A stretch of DNA of 64,000 nt. It comes from an uncultured Planctomycetaceae bacterium. GTDB taxonomy: Bacteria > Planctomycetota > Planctomycetia > Isosphaerales > Isosphaeraceae. Below the pieces are notes generated by a model that was not told the DNA's origin, searched no databases, and saw nothing but the letters and a program-made list of their open reading frames with translations. Below, piece after piece: positions 63,221-64,000 of the stretch (positions within the stretch are counted from its first letter, which is position 1; the number at the start of each line of letters is the position of its first letter). The stretch lies in the NCBI GenBank assembly GCA_963833985.1, contig CAWIAD010000002.1:1728001-1792000 (forward strand). Direction: 5' to 3'. The position numbers were made by a program, and so were the translations under genes.

Positions 63221-64000
63221 TCAATAAACCCCGTGTAGTGGACCGCCGGGCGCGGCCAGCGCGTCGACCCGGCGCTCGATGGCCGGGTCATCCACCAGGG
63301 GCGGCGCGTGCTGAGGCTTGATGCGTGCGTCGATCACCAGCGGGCCCCGGCAGCCCCAGTGCTTACGGTCGATGAATGGATCGATCCCCTCGATATCGGC
63401 CGCCGGGTCGGACCGGGTGAACGTCACCCAGAGGAAGTTCCCGATGTTCCGCGCCGTGAAGTCGCTGTCGTCGACAATGACAATGAGCGGAAAGTCGCGC
63501 AAGGAATCATCGCTGTGGCTGTCGCGGCAGAATCGGGCGACGTCTGCTGCGCCCGGGTCGAACTTCGGTCCCTGGACCGCGAGCATGCCCGGCAGCACCA
63601 CGCGCGGCGCCCGGAACCCGTCGGCAAGGCGGGTTCCCGCTCTCATCTCGCAGGGCAGCTCGCGCCGTCTCGGGCCGGCGGCCGCCATGACCACCTTGGA
63701 TCCCTGGTTCAGCCCATGACCCGAGTAATCGAGCGTGTCGATCGTGGTCCGGGTGTGGAAATGCAGGTCGTTCTCCCAGTCAATCCGCTCGAGCCAGTGC
63801 CGCAAGAAGGCCGGGATGTCGTGGATGTCGAGTGCGGGGTCGTCCTCGCCCGCGACGATGAGCAGGTACTTGGCCAGCGAGAGCTGTCCCTGGCCAAGGA
63901 TGGCGCAGGCGATGGTGAGCATTTCCTGAGGCCGGCGGACCGTGGAATACGGCACATACCGTTCACTGGCGATCGCCAGCAGGAGCGGATGCACTCCGGC
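63221..64000 (-). CDS. UbiD-family decarboxylase, 5' part outside the window
   Basis: ILGQGQLSLAKYL, IDTLDYSG..GSK, FLWVTFTRSDPAAD and IDARIKP. Confidence 0.9.
   Translation of the reverse strand, partial: AGVHPLLLAIASERYVPYSTVRRPQEMLTIACAILGQGQLSLAKYLLIVAGEDDPALDIHDIPAFLRHWLERIDWENDLHFHTRTTIDTLDYSGHGLNQGSKVVMAAAGPRRRELPCEMRAGTRLADGFRAPRVVLPGMLAVQGPKFDPGAADVARFCRDSHSDDSLRDFPLIVIVDDSDFTARNIGNFLWVTFTRSDPAADIEGIDPFIDRKHWGCRGPLVIDARIKPQHAPPLVDDPAIERRVDALAAPGGPLHGVY

Overview
High-GC bacterial window, most likely Planctomycetota (Isosphaeraceae-like). This is inferred from the planctomycete-type extracellular signature in the 26 kb protein and the general gene content. Main contents, left to right: glycogen/trehalose genes (debranching enzyme, treZ); an RND efflux operon with an inserted TPR membrane protein and two TolC paralogues; an unusually long RNase P RNA with a consensus promoter; a divergent rbsD; tRNA-Cys followed by a ~5.5 kb accessory islet (VapBC-type TA pair, IS66/ISL3/Y1-transposase remnants, an orphan CdiI immunity gene behind a truncated CDI toxin tip, an ADP-ribosylglycohydrolase); large secreted beta-helix/propeller/G8 proteins; a folC-DUF423-ACT-DUF711 operon; an amino-acid ABC transporter; a GT21 glycosyltransferase; planctomycete hypotheticals; dps; two adjacent genes that each appear to carry two CsrA-like domains; a tandem triplication of an Rpn/YhgA nuclease gene, each copy with an internal SD+ATG for a variable C-terminal antitoxin; an SPFH protein; a lipase-fold/macro-like/CHAT protease fusion; and a partial UbiD gene. 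Many unrelated genes carry 1-2 nt frameshifts, most likely long-read indel errors. All family assignments come from motif recognition by eye; no database searches were run.
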